From assembly GCA_965277235.1 (NCBI GenBank), contig CBDICD010000002.1:75861-139860 (forward strand): a stretch of DNA of 64,000 nucleotides. Direction: 5' to 3'. Positions 10,397-20,667 of the stretch are shown one piece after another (the first letter of the stretch is position 1; every line of letters begins with the position of its first letter). This DNA comes from Terriglobus sp. (GTDB taxonomy: Bacteria; Acidobacteriota; Terriglobia; Terriglobales; Acidobacteriaceae). Made by a program: the position numbers and the translations under genes. The notes beneath the pieces are model-generated. The model was not told where the DNA came from, searched no databases, and saw only the letters and a program-made list of their open reading frames with translations.

Positions 10397-10891
10397 CTGC
10401 TGAACTAACCAGGCGGCGACCTCGTCGAGCAAAGTATCAGTGGTTGTTTCGATCGCACGTGTCGGAGCTGGGCTGTGGCTTTGACGCGCGTTCCACCAGC
10501 CACGTTTGCGTCGTCAACGCTACGGCGAATTGATCCGGATTGATGGCACACAGTACCGCTGGGCTGAGAACGGGGCCGAGCCCCTCTGCCCAATCGATGC
10601 ATTCAGCCAGCGGTCTTTCAAGCCAAAGTGATCGGATCACGAATGCTGACCAGTCTCATCAGGTCGGACAAACAGCAGGCCCTCGACGACCTGCTCGACT
10701 CTTAGCGCCCCGTTCAAAATGGGGAGGTGAAAGAAACAAAGTTCATTGCGGGACAGCACCCTGGGCTCGACTCACGCGTGAGTTCTCATAAACACTTCTC
10801 GTGGAGTTGTTGGGCGCAAGGAGCGCTCGGACGACCATCCGGTCCGGATCACTTCCCTCAGGCGGCTTGTGGAAACCAACCGAGACCAAAG

Positions 10892-10916
10892 AGGAGAGCG
10901 GGGTAGCCGCTCTCCT
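10892..10916 (-). terminator. Probable intrinsic terminator of the SDR gene
   Basis: Perfect 10-bp stem AGGAGAGCGG/CCGCTCTCCT with a 5-nt loop, 6 nt after the stop at 10923. Only a short U tract on the minus strand. Confidence 0.65.
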
Positions 10917-10922
10917 GTCGGC

Positions 10923-11723
10923 TTAGTTCGTGGTGGGCATCATACCGCCGTCAACGCGGAAGTTTGCGCCTGTAATGAAGTCGGCCAACGGGCTTGACAG
11001 GTATGCGACCATGTTCGCGACATCAACGGGCGAGCCAATTCTTCCAGCTGCTAGGCGCGTATGTTGCACATAGAACTGCTCAAACGACTCGAAGTCGTAC
11101 GTCTGCCCCTGAGATTCCATCATCGTCCGTGCTCCCGCCTCCATGCCCGGCGTGCGAATCGGCCCTGGACTCACGGTGTTGGCCGTGACCCCGGTTGCGC
11201 CGAGTTCCTTGGCCAGTGAAACGGCCTGAGCTATGTTTGCGGCTTTTGTTGTGCCATAGTTTGCTACCGGGGGTCCCGGCATCGGTCCAAGAAAGCTGCC
11301 GATCATGATGACGCGACCCCACTTTCTTTCCACCATCGCGGGGACAAGCTGTGTGACTAGTCGAACGACCGACCCTACATTTGCGTTGTATAAGTCGACC
11401 CACTCTTCCGCGGTGGATTGCAACCAGGGCTTCATGGGAAACGCACCAGCGTTGTTGATGAGGATATCGATGCCGTCAAAAGGCGAAGTGGCCGCTTGCA
11501 CCACTTGCGCGGTCTCCTCGTCGCTCCCAAGATCGCCGATGGCGGCAGCGGCCATGCCACCACTCGCCGTAATCTCCTCAACAACCCGCTTCGCTTCCTC
11601 CGCCCGCCGTCCATGAACGATGACGCGAATACCTTCCGCAGCCAACGTTTTTGCGATCTGCTCCCCGATACCGCTTGTGCTTCCTGTCACCAGGGCACGC
11701 TTTCCACTCAGCTTCAAATCCAT
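10923..11723 (-). CDS. Short-chain dehydrogenase/reductase (SDR)
   Basis: MDLKLSGKRALVTGSTSGIG, NNAG, YGTTK and DGG motifs. AAGGA RBS before ATG 11723. Confidence 0.93.
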   Translation of the reverse strand: MDLKLSGKRALVTGSTSGIGEQIAKTLAAEGIRVIVHGRRAEEAKRVVEEITASGGMAAAAIGDLGSDEETAQVVQAATSPFDGIDILINNAGAFPMKPWLQSTAEEWVDLYNANVGSVVRLVTQLVPAMVERKWGRVIMIGSFLGPMPGPPVANYGTTKAANIAQAVSLAKELGATGVTANTVSPGPIRTPGMEAGARTMMESQGQTYDFESFEQFYVQHTRLAAGRIGSPVDVANMVAYLSSPLADFITGANFRVDGGMMPTTN

Positions 11724-11808
11724 CTCGTCATCCTTTCCGTATTGATCGTTACGAATTAGATAGTGCGCTCCTTGCAATGTGCTGTCAAGTAGTTTCATAC
11801 TGGTTGCT

Positions 11809-12435
11809 ATGGAACCTGAACAAGCAGCGATAAAGAAACGACCGGGGCGGCCCCTCTCCTTTGATCGCGAACAGGTGCTAGACAGGGCGATGTACCAGTT
11901 TTGGAAAACCGGGTATGAAACGACGAGCGTAAGCGACCTGACATCCGCCATGGGCATCACCGCGCCTAGCCTCTATACCGCTTTCGGCGATAAGGAGTCT
12001 TTGTTTCTGGAATGCGTCGCCCGTTACAGCAACCCTGGCCCCAAAACATCGGCAGAGTCGATTGCCGAGGCTGCGTCTGCACGTCAGGCCGCGCAGGCCT
12101 TGCTGGAGGTTGCTGCTGCATGGTTCACAAAGCCGGGCGGCCCGGCAGGATGCCTGGTGGCAAGCGCAGCCTCCAGCGGGTCGGAATCTGCGGAACGGGT
12201 ACGAGCGGCTCTGAAACAGGTACGCGAATCCACACGCAAGGCGCTTCAGAAACGGGCTGAACGCGACATTCGGGAAGAACGTTTGCCCCCCGGAACGAAC
12301 GCCCGCGCACTCGCCTCCATGACCATGGCGGTCATGCAAGGCATGTCGACCTTAGCACGCGATGGTGCGAGCAGGGCGATGCTGCAGGAGGTTGTACAAG
12401 CGACCATGACAGGCTGGCCTCGCGACGAGTCCTGA
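11809..12435 (+). CDS. TetR/AcrR family transcriptional regulator
   Basis: GRPLSFDRE...FWKTGYETTSVSDLTSAMGITAPSLYTAFGDKESLF HTH, divergent from the SDR. Confidence 0.93.
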   Translation: MEPEQAAIKKRPGRPLSFDREQVLDRAMYQFWKTGYETTSVSDLTSAMGITAPSLYTAFGDKESLFLECVARYSNPGPKTSAESIAEAASARQAAQALLEVAAAWFTKPGGPAGCLVASAASSGSESAERVRAALKQVRESTRKALQKRAERDIREERLPPGTNARALASMTMAVMQGMSTLARDGASRAMLQEVVQATMTGWPRDES

Positions 12436-12657
12436 GAAACGCCGTTGTGGGAACCTGAGAGAGCGGCCGGGCCGAGGGAACCCTTAGTGTCGTTCGTGAC
12501 GAGATTGCGGCTTGTCAAGACGAGCATTACTCGCAACAGGTGGGGCCAATAAAGTCTCTGATATTCACACGCATCTTCGTCTATGGGAGACCTGGCAACT
12601 CGGCCGGAAGAGTCTCTTCATTTCTACCTGGCGGCTGTGCAACAACAGAATCAGGCT

Positions 12658-13569
12658 TCATTGAGGCAGGCTTGTGAAGTGGTTCGGGGTTTCTTTGACT
12701 GCGAATTCCTTGAACGCTCGAACAGCTCGGGAAAGATGACGTTTACCCAAGTGCAAAAGCCAGAGATCAAAGACACGGAACCGCCACTCCGGCATGATTT
12801 CAACCACCACGTTTGTTCGGGAGAGTTCTGGCAGGACCACAGGTGGAAGCTCGCCGATGCCGCAGCCCTGCGCGATGGCCGGGGCCAGTCCTGCGTAATC
12901 GTTCATGGAAAGGAAGGGGTCAAAGAAAACGGTCTCTTTCTCTTTTCCGTTTTTGTGCTCGAACATCCAACGATCTTTCGGTTTGCCACGCGCGAAAGAC
13001 AAGAGACGGTGCTTGAGCAGGTCTTGTGGATGCAGGACCGGGTCATGGCTGCGGATGTAATCCACACTGGCGAGGAGTTGGTGGCGGTAGGTTAGCAGCT
13101 TGCTGCCGATCAAGGCAGAGTCGAGTGATTTACCAATCCGGAAGACCATGTCAATGCCGTCCGCGATGTGGTCGACGGACCGCTCTGAGACCAGTACCTG
13201 AATGCGTACGTCTGGGTAGCGGCTTTGGAACGCGATGATCAAAGGAGCCAGCAGAGAATCCGAAATGCTTGGTGGGGCAGAGAGCCGAAGCTTCCCCATG
13301 ACACTGGACCGATAGTTCGAAGCAATGCTTGAGATTGCTTCGTTGAGCTGGGCTCCCTGTTGAGCGTGCTCCAGCAGCTCCTCTCCCACGGGTGTGAGGC
13401 GAAGTTTGCGCGTGGACCGCTCCAAAAGCCTGACGCCGAGTTGGTCTTCCAGTTCCGCGATTCGTCGGCTCACGGTAGACGTGGGCATTTTCAGTCGGCG
13501 AGCAGCTTCCGCAAAGCTGTTGGCTTCGATGACCTGGGCAAAGACGACAAGCGAGTTTAGATCTGCCAT
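12658..13569 (-). CDS. LysR family transcriptional regulator (CrgA/DmlR-like)
   Basis: SFAEAARRLKMPTSTVSRRIAELEDQLGVRLLERSTRKLRLT HTH, 303 aa. Confidence 0.95.
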   Translation of the reverse strand: MADLNSLVVFAQVIEANSFAEAARRLKMPTSTVSRRIAELEDQLGVRLLERSTRKLRLTPVGEELLEHAQQGAQLNEAISSIASNYRSSVMGKLRLSAPPSISDSLLAPLIIAFQSRYPDVRIQVLVSERSVDHIADGIDMVFRIGKSLDSALIGSKLLTYRHQLLASVDYIRSHDPVLHPQDLLKHRLLSFARGKPKDRWMFEHKNGKEKETVFFDPFLSMNDYAGLAPAIAQGCGIGELPPVVLPELSRTNVVVEIMPEWRFRVFDLWLLHLGKRHLSRAVRAFKEFAVKETPNHFTSLPQ

Positions 13570-13664
13570 GTGTTAATTGTCCCAGATATGAGAGGGTCTA
13601 ACCCGTTTTATCCCACTACTGCTCAGACGAGGAACTGTCTAAGCTGAGGCCAGAGGAACTCTAA

Positions 13665-14069
13665 ATGGCTTTGAAGGACGAGGGACAAGCGATTCGATCC
13701 ATGCTGCAGAGGTACGAACAGGCTCTGAACGAAGCGGATGTCGAAGCTGTGATGGCGCTCTACGCTGAGGACGGCGTCTTCATGCCCCAGAACTCTCCTT
13801 CGAGCGTGGGTGCAACAGAGATTCGCAAGGCCTATGAAGCTGTGTTCGCCGCCATCCGGCTGACGGTAAAGTTCGCCATTCAGGAAGTGCATCAGGTCGC
13901 GCCAGAGTGGGCGTTTGCACGCACCAACTCGGCAGGTACTGTGCTGATTCACGCTTCTGGAGAGACTCCTGCAGAGGCAAACCAGGAGCTCTTCGTCCTG
14001 CAACAGGTTCAGGGTGCGTGGAAGATTGCCCGTTACTGCTTTGCCACCACCAACCCGCCACGCAGCTAA
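13665..14069 (+). CDS. SnoaL-like / NTF2 family protein
   Basis: YEQALNEADVEAVMALYAEDGVFMP...WKIARY pattern, GAGG RBS. Confidence 0.85.
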   Translation: MALKDEGQAIRSMLQRYEQALNEADVEAVMALYAEDGVFMPQNSPSSVGATEIRKAYEAVFAAIRLTVKFAIQEVHQVAPEWAFARTNSAGTVLIHASGETPAEANQELFVLQQVQGAWKIARYCFATTNPPRS

Positions 14070-14292
14070 GCAGAGGAGTTGATATGTCTTTGATGAAAGC
14101 CGCTGCTGATGGACGTGGCCGCCCGCTGGTTCGATGAACTGCAGCGTACGCGATCGCTGAAAGAACAAGTAGGGCGTGAAAACGCCCAGTGTCTGCTTAA
14201 GCTGAACCTGCAACCTGCGCGAACATGCAGGCTGCCGGCTTTGCGTGCTAACCCGTGCCCCGGCACCACCCCGTTCCTCCAGGAGAGACCCA

Positions 14293-15201
14293 ATGAAAGC
14301 CAGCGTCATGCACACCTATGGTGGACCTGAAGTCATGCAGTATGAAGACTACCCAGACCCGGTTCCAGCTGAGGGTGAGGTTCTGGTGCGCGTCGCGGCT
14401 GCCAGCATCAACCCCGTCGACCTGATGCAGCGTGCGGGAGACACCAAGTCCTATCTTCCGATCGAGTTCCCCGGCGTGGGCGGATGGGATGTTTCCGGCA
14501 CGGTAGAGGCCCTGGGTGCGAGCGTGACCGGGTTCAAGATCGGCGACCGCGTCATGGCCTGGGCGTTCCATACCTTTGCGGAGCTTTGCGCGGTGAAAGC
14601 GGAACTGCTCGCCCGCGTTCCCGATGGAATCGACCTGGCGGAGGCTGCAGCCCTGCCGCTGGCAGGCACGACCGGGACTCAGCTTATCTCTGTCGCGAGC
14701 GGGCTCAAGGCCGGACAGACCGTGCTGGTTTCCGGAGCAAATGGTGCAGTCGGGCGCAGCGCCGTCTTCACCGCGAAGGATCTCGGTGCCTACGTCATCG
14801 CCGGCGTCACTGCTCAGCAACTCGAAGCAGCAGCCAGTATCGGTGCCGATAAGGTGGTCGCGCTTAACGCGGTTGAATCGTTCAACAGCGTGCCCATGGT
14901 CGACGTCGTGGCCAACTGCGTGCGCGGTGAGATGGCGGCGAAGCTGCTGGGCAAAGTCAAGCCCGGGGGAGTCTTCGCATCGGTGACCGGTGCGCCGGCA
15001 AATGCAAGCGATCACCCGGATGTGCGCATCGTGGAATTTGTGTCCAGGCAGAGTCCCGCAGCCATCGCCTACCTCGCCAGTGCGGTGCTCGCCGGCAAAC
15101 TGTCGATCAAGATCGATAGCAAACTTCCGCTTCGCGAAGCGGCGGCTGCAATGGCGGCGGTCGCAAAAGGCGGTATCGGCAAAGTGCTCCTGATCCCCTG
15201 A
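14293..15201 (+). CDS. NADP-dependent oxidoreductase (MDR / quinone-reductase family)
   Basis: MKA...YGGPEV, AASINPVD, GWDVSGTV, GANGAVG and GKVLL motifs. AGGAG RBS. Confidence 0.92.
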   Translation: MKASVMHTYGGPEVMQYEDYPDPVPAEGEVLVRVAAASINPVDLMQRAGDTKSYLPIEFPGVGGWDVSGTVEALGASVTGFKIGDRVMAWAFHTFAELCAVKAELLARVPDGIDLAEAAALPLAGTTGTQLISVASGLKAGQTVLVSGANGAVGRSAVFTAKDLGAYVIAGVTAQQLEAAASIGADKVVALNAVESFNSVPMVDVVANCVRGEMAAKLLGKVKPGGVFASVTGAPANASDHPDVRIVEFVSRQSPAAIAYLASAVLAGKLSIKIDSKLPLREAAAAMAAVAKGGIGKVLLIP

Positions 15202-15254
15202 GCTTTTCAGCCGACAATCCTCAACCCACAGACTTCGCCTGAAAGGAAGAAATA

Positions 15255-15605
15255 ATGAACGCAAAACACCCTGGCATCAATCCCGAAGCACAGCCAAGCG
15301 GCACCGGCTGCGTAGAGTGTTTGCAAAACGACGGCTGGTGGCTCCATCTGCGGCGCTGCGCGGAGTGCGGCCACATCGGCTGCTGCGACAGCTCGCCGGA
15401 ACAGCACGGCTCAAAGCATGCAAAGGCGACCGGGCACCCCATTGCGACCAGCTTCGAGCCCGGAGAGACCTGGTTCTGGAACTACCAGACCCAGCAGATG
15501 GTAGCTGGCCAGCAACTTGCCGCACCGCACTCGCACCCCGCGAACCAACCCGCTCCTGGCCCGGCGGGCAAGGTGCCGCACAACTGGCAGTCGAAATTAA
15601 ATTGA
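15255..15605 (+). CDS. UBP-type zinc-finger protein
   Basis: GCVECL...WLHLRRCAECGHIGCCDSSP..H...H...TGHP...SFEPGE.W.W.Y. Confidence 0.9.
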   Translation: MNAKHPGINPEAQPSGTGCVECLQNDGWWLHLRRCAECGHIGCCDSSPEQHGSKHAKATGHPIATSFEPGETWFWNYQTQQMVAGQQLAAPHSHPANQPAPGPAGKVPHNWQSKLN

Positions 15606-15654
15606 TTTCCGCTGTGTGGCACAGCGCCAACCTGAAGGTTGCGGAGGCTTCACC

Positions 15655-15918
15655 ATGGACACCCTACACCCCGGCGATCGCATCCGGATCCGATTCGCCG
15701 ACGCATCCACCGACCCTCGTGAAGCGACCGTTTGCTCAACTTTTTCCGACCAGCAGGAGGGACTCAGTCCTGAAGTAGAGGACTACGTCGCCTGCTGGCT
15801 TGAAGTAACGTTCACCGCGTGCGATGACCGGAACGGCCGGGCCAGCGTAGCGCTGGGAACTGACTTCCAGTACACCCTGGATGGCCGCAGAATCACAATC
15901 GAAAAGCTGACCGGCTAA
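15655..15918 (+). CDS. Hypothetical protein (87 aa)
   Basis: GGAGG RBS before ATG 15655. Fills the gap in a co-directional operon. Confidence 0.6.
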   Translation: MDTLHPGDRIRIRFADASTDPREATVCSTFSDQQEGLSPEVEDYVACWLEVTFTACDDRNGRASVALGTDFQYTLDGRRITIEKLTG

Positions 15919-15950
15919 CGACCCGGGCAACGAAGCGCAAGGAGACACGT

Positions 15951-17603
15951 ATGGCAACAACGACACCGGAATCCGAAACCAATCCTGTTCTTACTGAAGC
16001 TGCCATGGAACGGCTCAGAAAGCACGGGCAAACGGCTACCTACTCCGCCGGTGTAACGGTAGTTGAGCAAGGTGAGCCCATGGAGCGCTTTCTAGTTGTC
16101 TTGGCCGGCGAACTGGCGGTTGAGCAGACGAGCCGCGCCGGTACAACCCAGGTCCTCATCCATCGGCAAGGTCAATTCTTTGGCGACGTACATTCTCTCT
16201 CTGGCCGGCCCAGCCTGGTAGCCGGCCGCATGCTCCGCGACGGGCAACTCATCACGCTTGATCGCGTAAGCCTGCAAACGCTGATGCAGAGCGACAGTGA
16301 ACTAGGCGAGCTCTTCATGCGGGCTTTTATCCTTCGCCGCGTGGCTCTGCTTGCCACCTCGACAGGTGACGCAATCGTGCTCGGCTCCAACAACTCCAGC
16401 GGAACCCTGCGGATCCGCGACTTTCTGCTGCGCAATGGACATCCGTTCTCCTTTGTCGACCTCGACAAGGAAGAAGGTGTACAGGGCCTTTTGGACGAAT
16501 TCCAGGTCTGCGTGCAGGATATTCCCGTCCTGATCTGCAATGGAAAATATGTACTAAAGAACCCCAGCAATGAGGAAATCGCGGCCTGCCTGGGATTTAA
16601 CAGCAGAATCGACATGTCGGAACTTCGCGACGTCACGATCGTCGGCGCGGGTCCCGCAGGGCTTTCGGCTGCCGTGTATGCCGCGTCCGAAGGGCTGTCG
16701 ACGCTGGTGCTTGAAACCAAGGCACCTGGCGGCCAGGCCGGCTCCAGTTCCCGGATCGAGAACTATCTTGGATTTCCCAACGGCATCTCCGGACCGGAAC
16801 TTGCCAGCCGCGCTGTCGACCAGGCAGAAAAGTTTGGCGCTGAGTTGCTGATCGCACACTCGGCCGTACAGCTTGCCTGCGATGCGTTCCCCTTTCAACT
16901 TGTCACAACCGGCAATTCCCTGCTCCGGACAAAGACCATCGTCATCGCTACCGGTGCGCAGTACCGGAAGATTCCGCTTCCCAATCTCGAAACGTATGAA
17001 GGAGTGGGTGTCTACTACGGAGCCTCAAAGATCGAAGCGCAGATGTGCACCGGCACAGAGGTTGTGGTGGTCGGCGGGGGCAATTCCGCCGGACAGGCAG
17101 CCGTGTTTCTGTCGAACTCTTCGCGCCACGTACACATCCTCATCCGCGGCGCTCATCTTGCAGACACCATGTCGAAGTACCTGATTCGGCGCATCGAGGA
17201 AAGCCCGAACATCACGCTGCACCCCTTCACCGAAGTCACCAGTCTCCGCGGCGACACCCACCTGGAAGAACAGACCTGGAAAAATAACCAGACCGGCGAA
17301 ATGGTCACGATGCCCTTTCGCCACCTGTACCTGATGACCGGCGCCAGCCCCAACACCACCTGGCTGCGTGGCTGTGTGGCGCTCGACGACAAGGGATTTA
17401 TCCTCACCGGCATCGACCTTACCCCTGAGCACCTTCAAGCCGCACAGTGGCCCCACACGCGGAAGCCGTACCTGCTCGAAACCAGCATACCCAGTGTCTT
17501 TGCGGTGGGCGATGTACGCGCCAACAGTGTCAAGCGAGTGGCCTCCGGCGTTGGAGAAGGCTCTCTCGCCATAAGCTTCGTGCACAAGGCGCTGGCGGAA
17601 TAA
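15951..17603 (+). CDS. cNMP-binding-domain / thioredoxin-reductase-like FAD-dependent oxidoreductase
   Basis: N-terminal cNMP-like domain (EQGEPMERFLVVLAGEL, GQFFGD). GAGPAG, GGQAGSSSRIENYLGFP, GGGNSAGQ and FAVGDVR motifs. Confidence 0.92.
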   Translation: MATTTPESETNPVLTEAAMERLRKHGQTATYSAGVTVVEQGEPMERFLVVLAGELAVEQTSRAGTTQVLIHRQGQFFGDVHSLSGRPSLVAGRMLRDGQLITLDRVSLQTLMQSDSELGELFMRAFILRRVALLATSTGDAIVLGSNNSSGTLRIRDFLLRNGHPFSFVDLDKEEGVQGLLDEFQVCVQDIPVLICNGKYVLKNPSNEEIAACLGFNSRIDMSELRDVTIVGAGPAGLSAAVYAASEGLSTLVLETKAPGGQAGSSSRIENYLGFPNGISGPELASRAVDQAEKFGAELLIAHSAVQLACDAFPFQLVTTGNSLLRTKTIVIATGAQYRKIPLPNLETYEGVGVYYGASKIEAQMCTGTEVVVVGGGNSAGQAAVFLSNSSRHVHILIRGAHLADTMSKYLIRRIEESPNITLHPFTEVTSLRGDTHLEEQTWKNNQTGEMVTMPFRHLYLMTGASPNTTWLRGCVALDDKGFILTGIDLTPEHLQAAQWPHTRKPYLLETSIPSVFAVGDVRANSVKRVASGVGEGSLAISFVHKALAE

Positions 17604-17635
17604 GCAGAACGAACTCACGCGAAAGGTTCTAAAGC

Positions 17636-18892
17636 ATGAAGACACAGACCGTTTCTACCGTCGCTGAGTTGCTGGCCGCCAGCGAGGATGCCAACGTGCG
17701 CACCATCGAAGTCCGGGGTGAGCTCGCCGACGTTCCCCCCTTCACTCTCGCACCCTCGCAGATGCTTATCGGCGCAGGTATCGGCCAGTCCATCCTGCGA
17801 TTTGGCAGGGACGCAGATGGTCTGTGCGTGACCTCCGACAACACTGTCCGCGACCTTGCGCTGTACGCCTCGCCCGGCACACGCGCGTTGTGGAACGATG
17901 GCGCGCAGTCGACCCTTGGCACCATCGTTCTCAACAACCTCAGCGTGATCGGGCAGGTGCAGTTACTCGCCTCGAATCAGGTTCGTAGTGGCCATGTTGA
18001 GGTGAACAGGCTGGACATTTTGGCTGCTGACACCAGCTCCACCCAGCCGCGCCCGCACGGGTTTGGCGTCTTCGTCCAGCAGGGTGCCTTTACTTTGTGG
18101 AACCAGCAGGCAGACTCCACAGTGCTGATCACCTCAAACCTAGCCGAAATCACGATCGGCAGACAGAGCGCACCCGTCCTGGGCGGTGGGATCCTGGTCA
18201 GCGGTGCGGGAGATGAGGGTGGACGGCTCCACGTGGAGCGGCTCGAAAGCGGTGCCGTGTACTGCAATGGCACCATTCCATCCGGCACGCCCGACCTCAT
18301 CAGTGGCGGAGTATTTGTCTGCTACGGCGCCACTGCGGATCTCGTCCGCAATCTTGGCCCCGTCACTACGTACGGGCCGAACGACATGGCGCTCGACAAC
18401 TGGGGCTCGGTTGATCGCTGGATAGCAACGCAGAAAATTACCACCTTGGGTCCAAGTGGTATCGGCTTCGTGAACTTCGGCCAACTCGGCCTGCTCAAGG
18501 TGGAAGCTCCCATCGAGACCTTCGGCCAGGGCGCGCGTGGCTTCAACGTCTACACCGGGACGGTAGCAATCGCGGAGTTCGACCGGATTGTGACCCACGG
18601 CGACGGCGCCGTAGGGGTACAGATTGCCCAGCCCGTCGGTGAACTCTCCTTCAGGCGCGGTATCGAAACCTTCGGAGCGGTCGGGCCCTCGCTGGTGAAG
18701 GGCGTAATGCAGACTCTGTCGGCCGTTCCGCTCAGCATCAAGCCGGGCGGCAGCGCGCGCAAAGTAGTCCTTGAGGGTGGCCTCAAAAGCCATGGAAAAG
18801 ATACTGCCCCGCTCGAGCAGCTTGGAGCAATCGAGGAGCTGCACATCAGCGGCGGCTTTGCCACGACACTACTTCCCCACGAACCGTACTGA
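17636..18892 (+). CDS. Hypothetical protein, probable right-handed beta-helix
   Basis: Gly/Val/Ile-rich with ~25-aa T.G...G....G repeats (TYGPND, TLGPSG, TFGQGA, THGDGA, TFGAVG). Confidence 0.7.
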   Translation: MKTQTVSTVAELLAASEDANVRTIEVRGELADVPPFTLAPSQMLIGAGIGQSILRFGRDADGLCVTSDNTVRDLALYASPGTRALWNDGAQSTLGTIVLNNLSVIGQVQLLASNQVRSGHVEVNRLDILAADTSSTQPRPHGFGVFVQQGAFTLWNQQADSTVLITSNLAEITIGRQSAPVLGGGILVSGAGDEGGRLHVERLESGAVYCNGTIPSGTPDLISGGVFVCYGATADLVRNLGPVTTYGPNDMALDNWGSVDRWIATQKITTLGPSGIGFVNFGQLGLLKVEAPIETFGQGARGFNVYTGTVAIAEFDRIVTHGDGAVGVQIAQPVGELSFRRGIETFGAVGPSLVKGVMQTLSAVPLSIKPGGSARKVVLEGGLKSHGKDTAPLEQLGAIEELHISGGFATTLLPHEPY

Positions 18893-18903
18893 AGGAGCTT
18901 TAA

Positions 18904-19389
18904 ATGTCAGCAGATGCCCTTACCATTGAAGACCGCTTTGCCATCTTCGAGCAGCTTAACCTGCATCAGCGCTGCATCGATACGCCCTGGGGTGCTGACT
19001 CCGCCGCTGCATACGTTGCGTTGTACTGGCCAGAGGGCAAGTTCCTCCTCAATGATCTTCGGCATACCGAGTTCAGCGAAGCCAGCGGCCTGAAGCAGAT
19101 GTTCGATTATGCGCACAGCGTGTTCCCGCTTGATAAGTGGTTCCACACCATGGGCCCGTTTCAAATTGCTGGAGACAGCGCCCGGGCCACCGTGAGCTGG
19201 CGGTGGCTTGTGAACTGGAAGGATGGCAACCAGGGCATCGTCTCGACAGGGACATACGCCGACGTCTTCGAAAAGCGAGACGGCATCTGGAAGTGTCTTG
19301 AACGTACCTCCAACATTGACCCTAACTGGCCGGCAGCGCTCTTCCAGCCGTGGATTGATGCCGGAAAAACGACCTTTCGCGCCTCCTGA
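18904..19389 (+). CDS. SnoaL-like / NTF2 family protein
   Basis: LTIEDRFAIFE...GTYADVFEKRDGIWKCLER, AGGAG RBS. Confidence 0.85.
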   Translation: MSADALTIEDRFAIFEQLNLHQRCIDTPWGADSAAAYVALYWPEGKFLLNDLRHTEFSEASGLKQMFDYAHSVFPLDKWFHTMGPFQIAGDSARATVSWRWLVNWKDGNQGIVSTGTYADVFEKRDGIWKCLERTSNIDPNWPAALFQPWIDAGKTTFRAS

Positions 19390-19483
19390 TCCGAAACGCC
19401 GGCCACTCACTAAAAGCGAATGCTCTCTCACTGCTGGGCCGCAACGTAAGAGTGCTCGCTGTACCAAATCTACGGAGACTGAT

Positions 19484-20581
19484 ATGCCAGAAACCATCCT
19501 GAATCGCACATTAAGAACGAGCTTACGGCTGGCTTCAATCTTGGCCGTTCTGCCTGTCGTTCTGAGCAGCTTGGCTGCGCCGCCAGTCGCATCTGCTCAG
19601 ACTTACGCTCCAGCCCAAAGCTCAACCAACCTGCCCGCAAACTGGCGTGACATCAAGGACGGGGTTGGGGGATACCCTGCCGGCCCGATGCTGGAAATAG
19701 CGCTGCGTCGCACCACATCGACCAAGCTTGAGATGTTCAAGTGGCGCTCTGAGTTCATCGCGATGTTGAGCGCTCAGCCCGGTCCGCTGATCGAGCGCGA
19801 GTGGCATTCCATCTCGGGTCTTCCGGAGAATACCGGGGCAGGAACCTGGACCGGAATGACCTGGTGGGAGAATCAACAGAAATGGCAGGATATGGGCAAC
19901 ATGCTGTTCACAACACCGGTTGCGGCGAACTGGCTTAAGACGCTCGACATGACGCTGGTTTTCGTTAAACCGCTGGACAACCGCTTTAACCTGAACACCT
20001 TAGCTCAATCCGGCGCGCAGGTGCTTGAGCTAGGCCTGCTGAACTTTCCCGCTTCGGGTGCGAACGACACGGCTGCAGCCGAAACATACCTCAACACGCT
20101 TAGGAAGAACGGTGTCGAGGTGTACCGGTTCGCTATCTATCCGAACCCGTCCGGGCTTCTCGGTCCGTACACCGTGGCGTACAACAAGAACGGTCCCCCC
20201 GCCGCAAAGGGCGAGACGTGGTTCGTCTATATGGCGGCCTATGACTCACAGCAAGTGCGCACACGGCTTCAATCGACCAGCGACATACGAGGAGCTTTTG
20301 AAGGACTCACCAAGTCCATGTCGAAAGAGCACTCAGACATACAGGTGATGACGCGGACCACCTCCGAAGTGTGCATCCACAAGACGACCAACCAGTGCTC
20401 ACTCGACCCGGATGAGTGTCACGTGGGCGTGATGGGTTCAGGAGACACGTTGGCCCGAAGCTGCGGTGAGCGCCCCCAGGCATGCGTGACCGAGTACAAC
20501 ACTTGCTCGCAAATCTCACCTGCGACCTGCCAGGCGGTTGGTGGAAGACGTGTCGACGCCTGCCCTGCCCTGATGAAGTAA
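19484..20581 (+). CDS. Secreted hypothetical protein with an 8-Cys C-terminal domain
   Basis: GGAG RBS and signal peptide ending ASA-Q. All 8 Cys lie in the last ~70 aa. Confidence 0.75.
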   Translation: MPETILNRTLRTSLRLASILAVLPVVLSSLAAPPVASAQTYAPAQSSTNLPANWRDIKDGVGGYPAGPMLEIALRRTTSTKLEMFKWRSEFIAMLSAQPGPLIEREWHSISGLPENTGAGTWTGMTWWENQQKWQDMGNMLFTTPVAANWLKTLDMTLVFVKPLDNRFNLNTLAQSGAQVLELGLLNFPASGANDTAAAETYLNTLRKNGVEVYRFAIYPNPSGLLGPYTVAYNKNGPPAAKGETWFVYMAAYDSQQVRTRLQSTSDIRGAFEGLTKSMSKEHSDIQVMTRTTSEVCIHKTTNQCSLDPDECHVGVMGSGDTLARSCGERPQACVTEYNTCSQISPATCQAVGGRRVDACPALMK

Positions 20582-20667
20582 GGCAGATGTTCTTTCACCG
20601 AACCCTAAACGCCGTCGCTGATGACGCAATAAGGTTCTCGCACAAAAAATGTACTGGAGAAGAAGTC

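Noticed and set aside
14084-14137. Mini-ORF MSLMKAAADGRGRPLVR with a GAGGAG RBS
   Set aside because: Possibly the stub of a deleted MDR gene, but too short to support a call.
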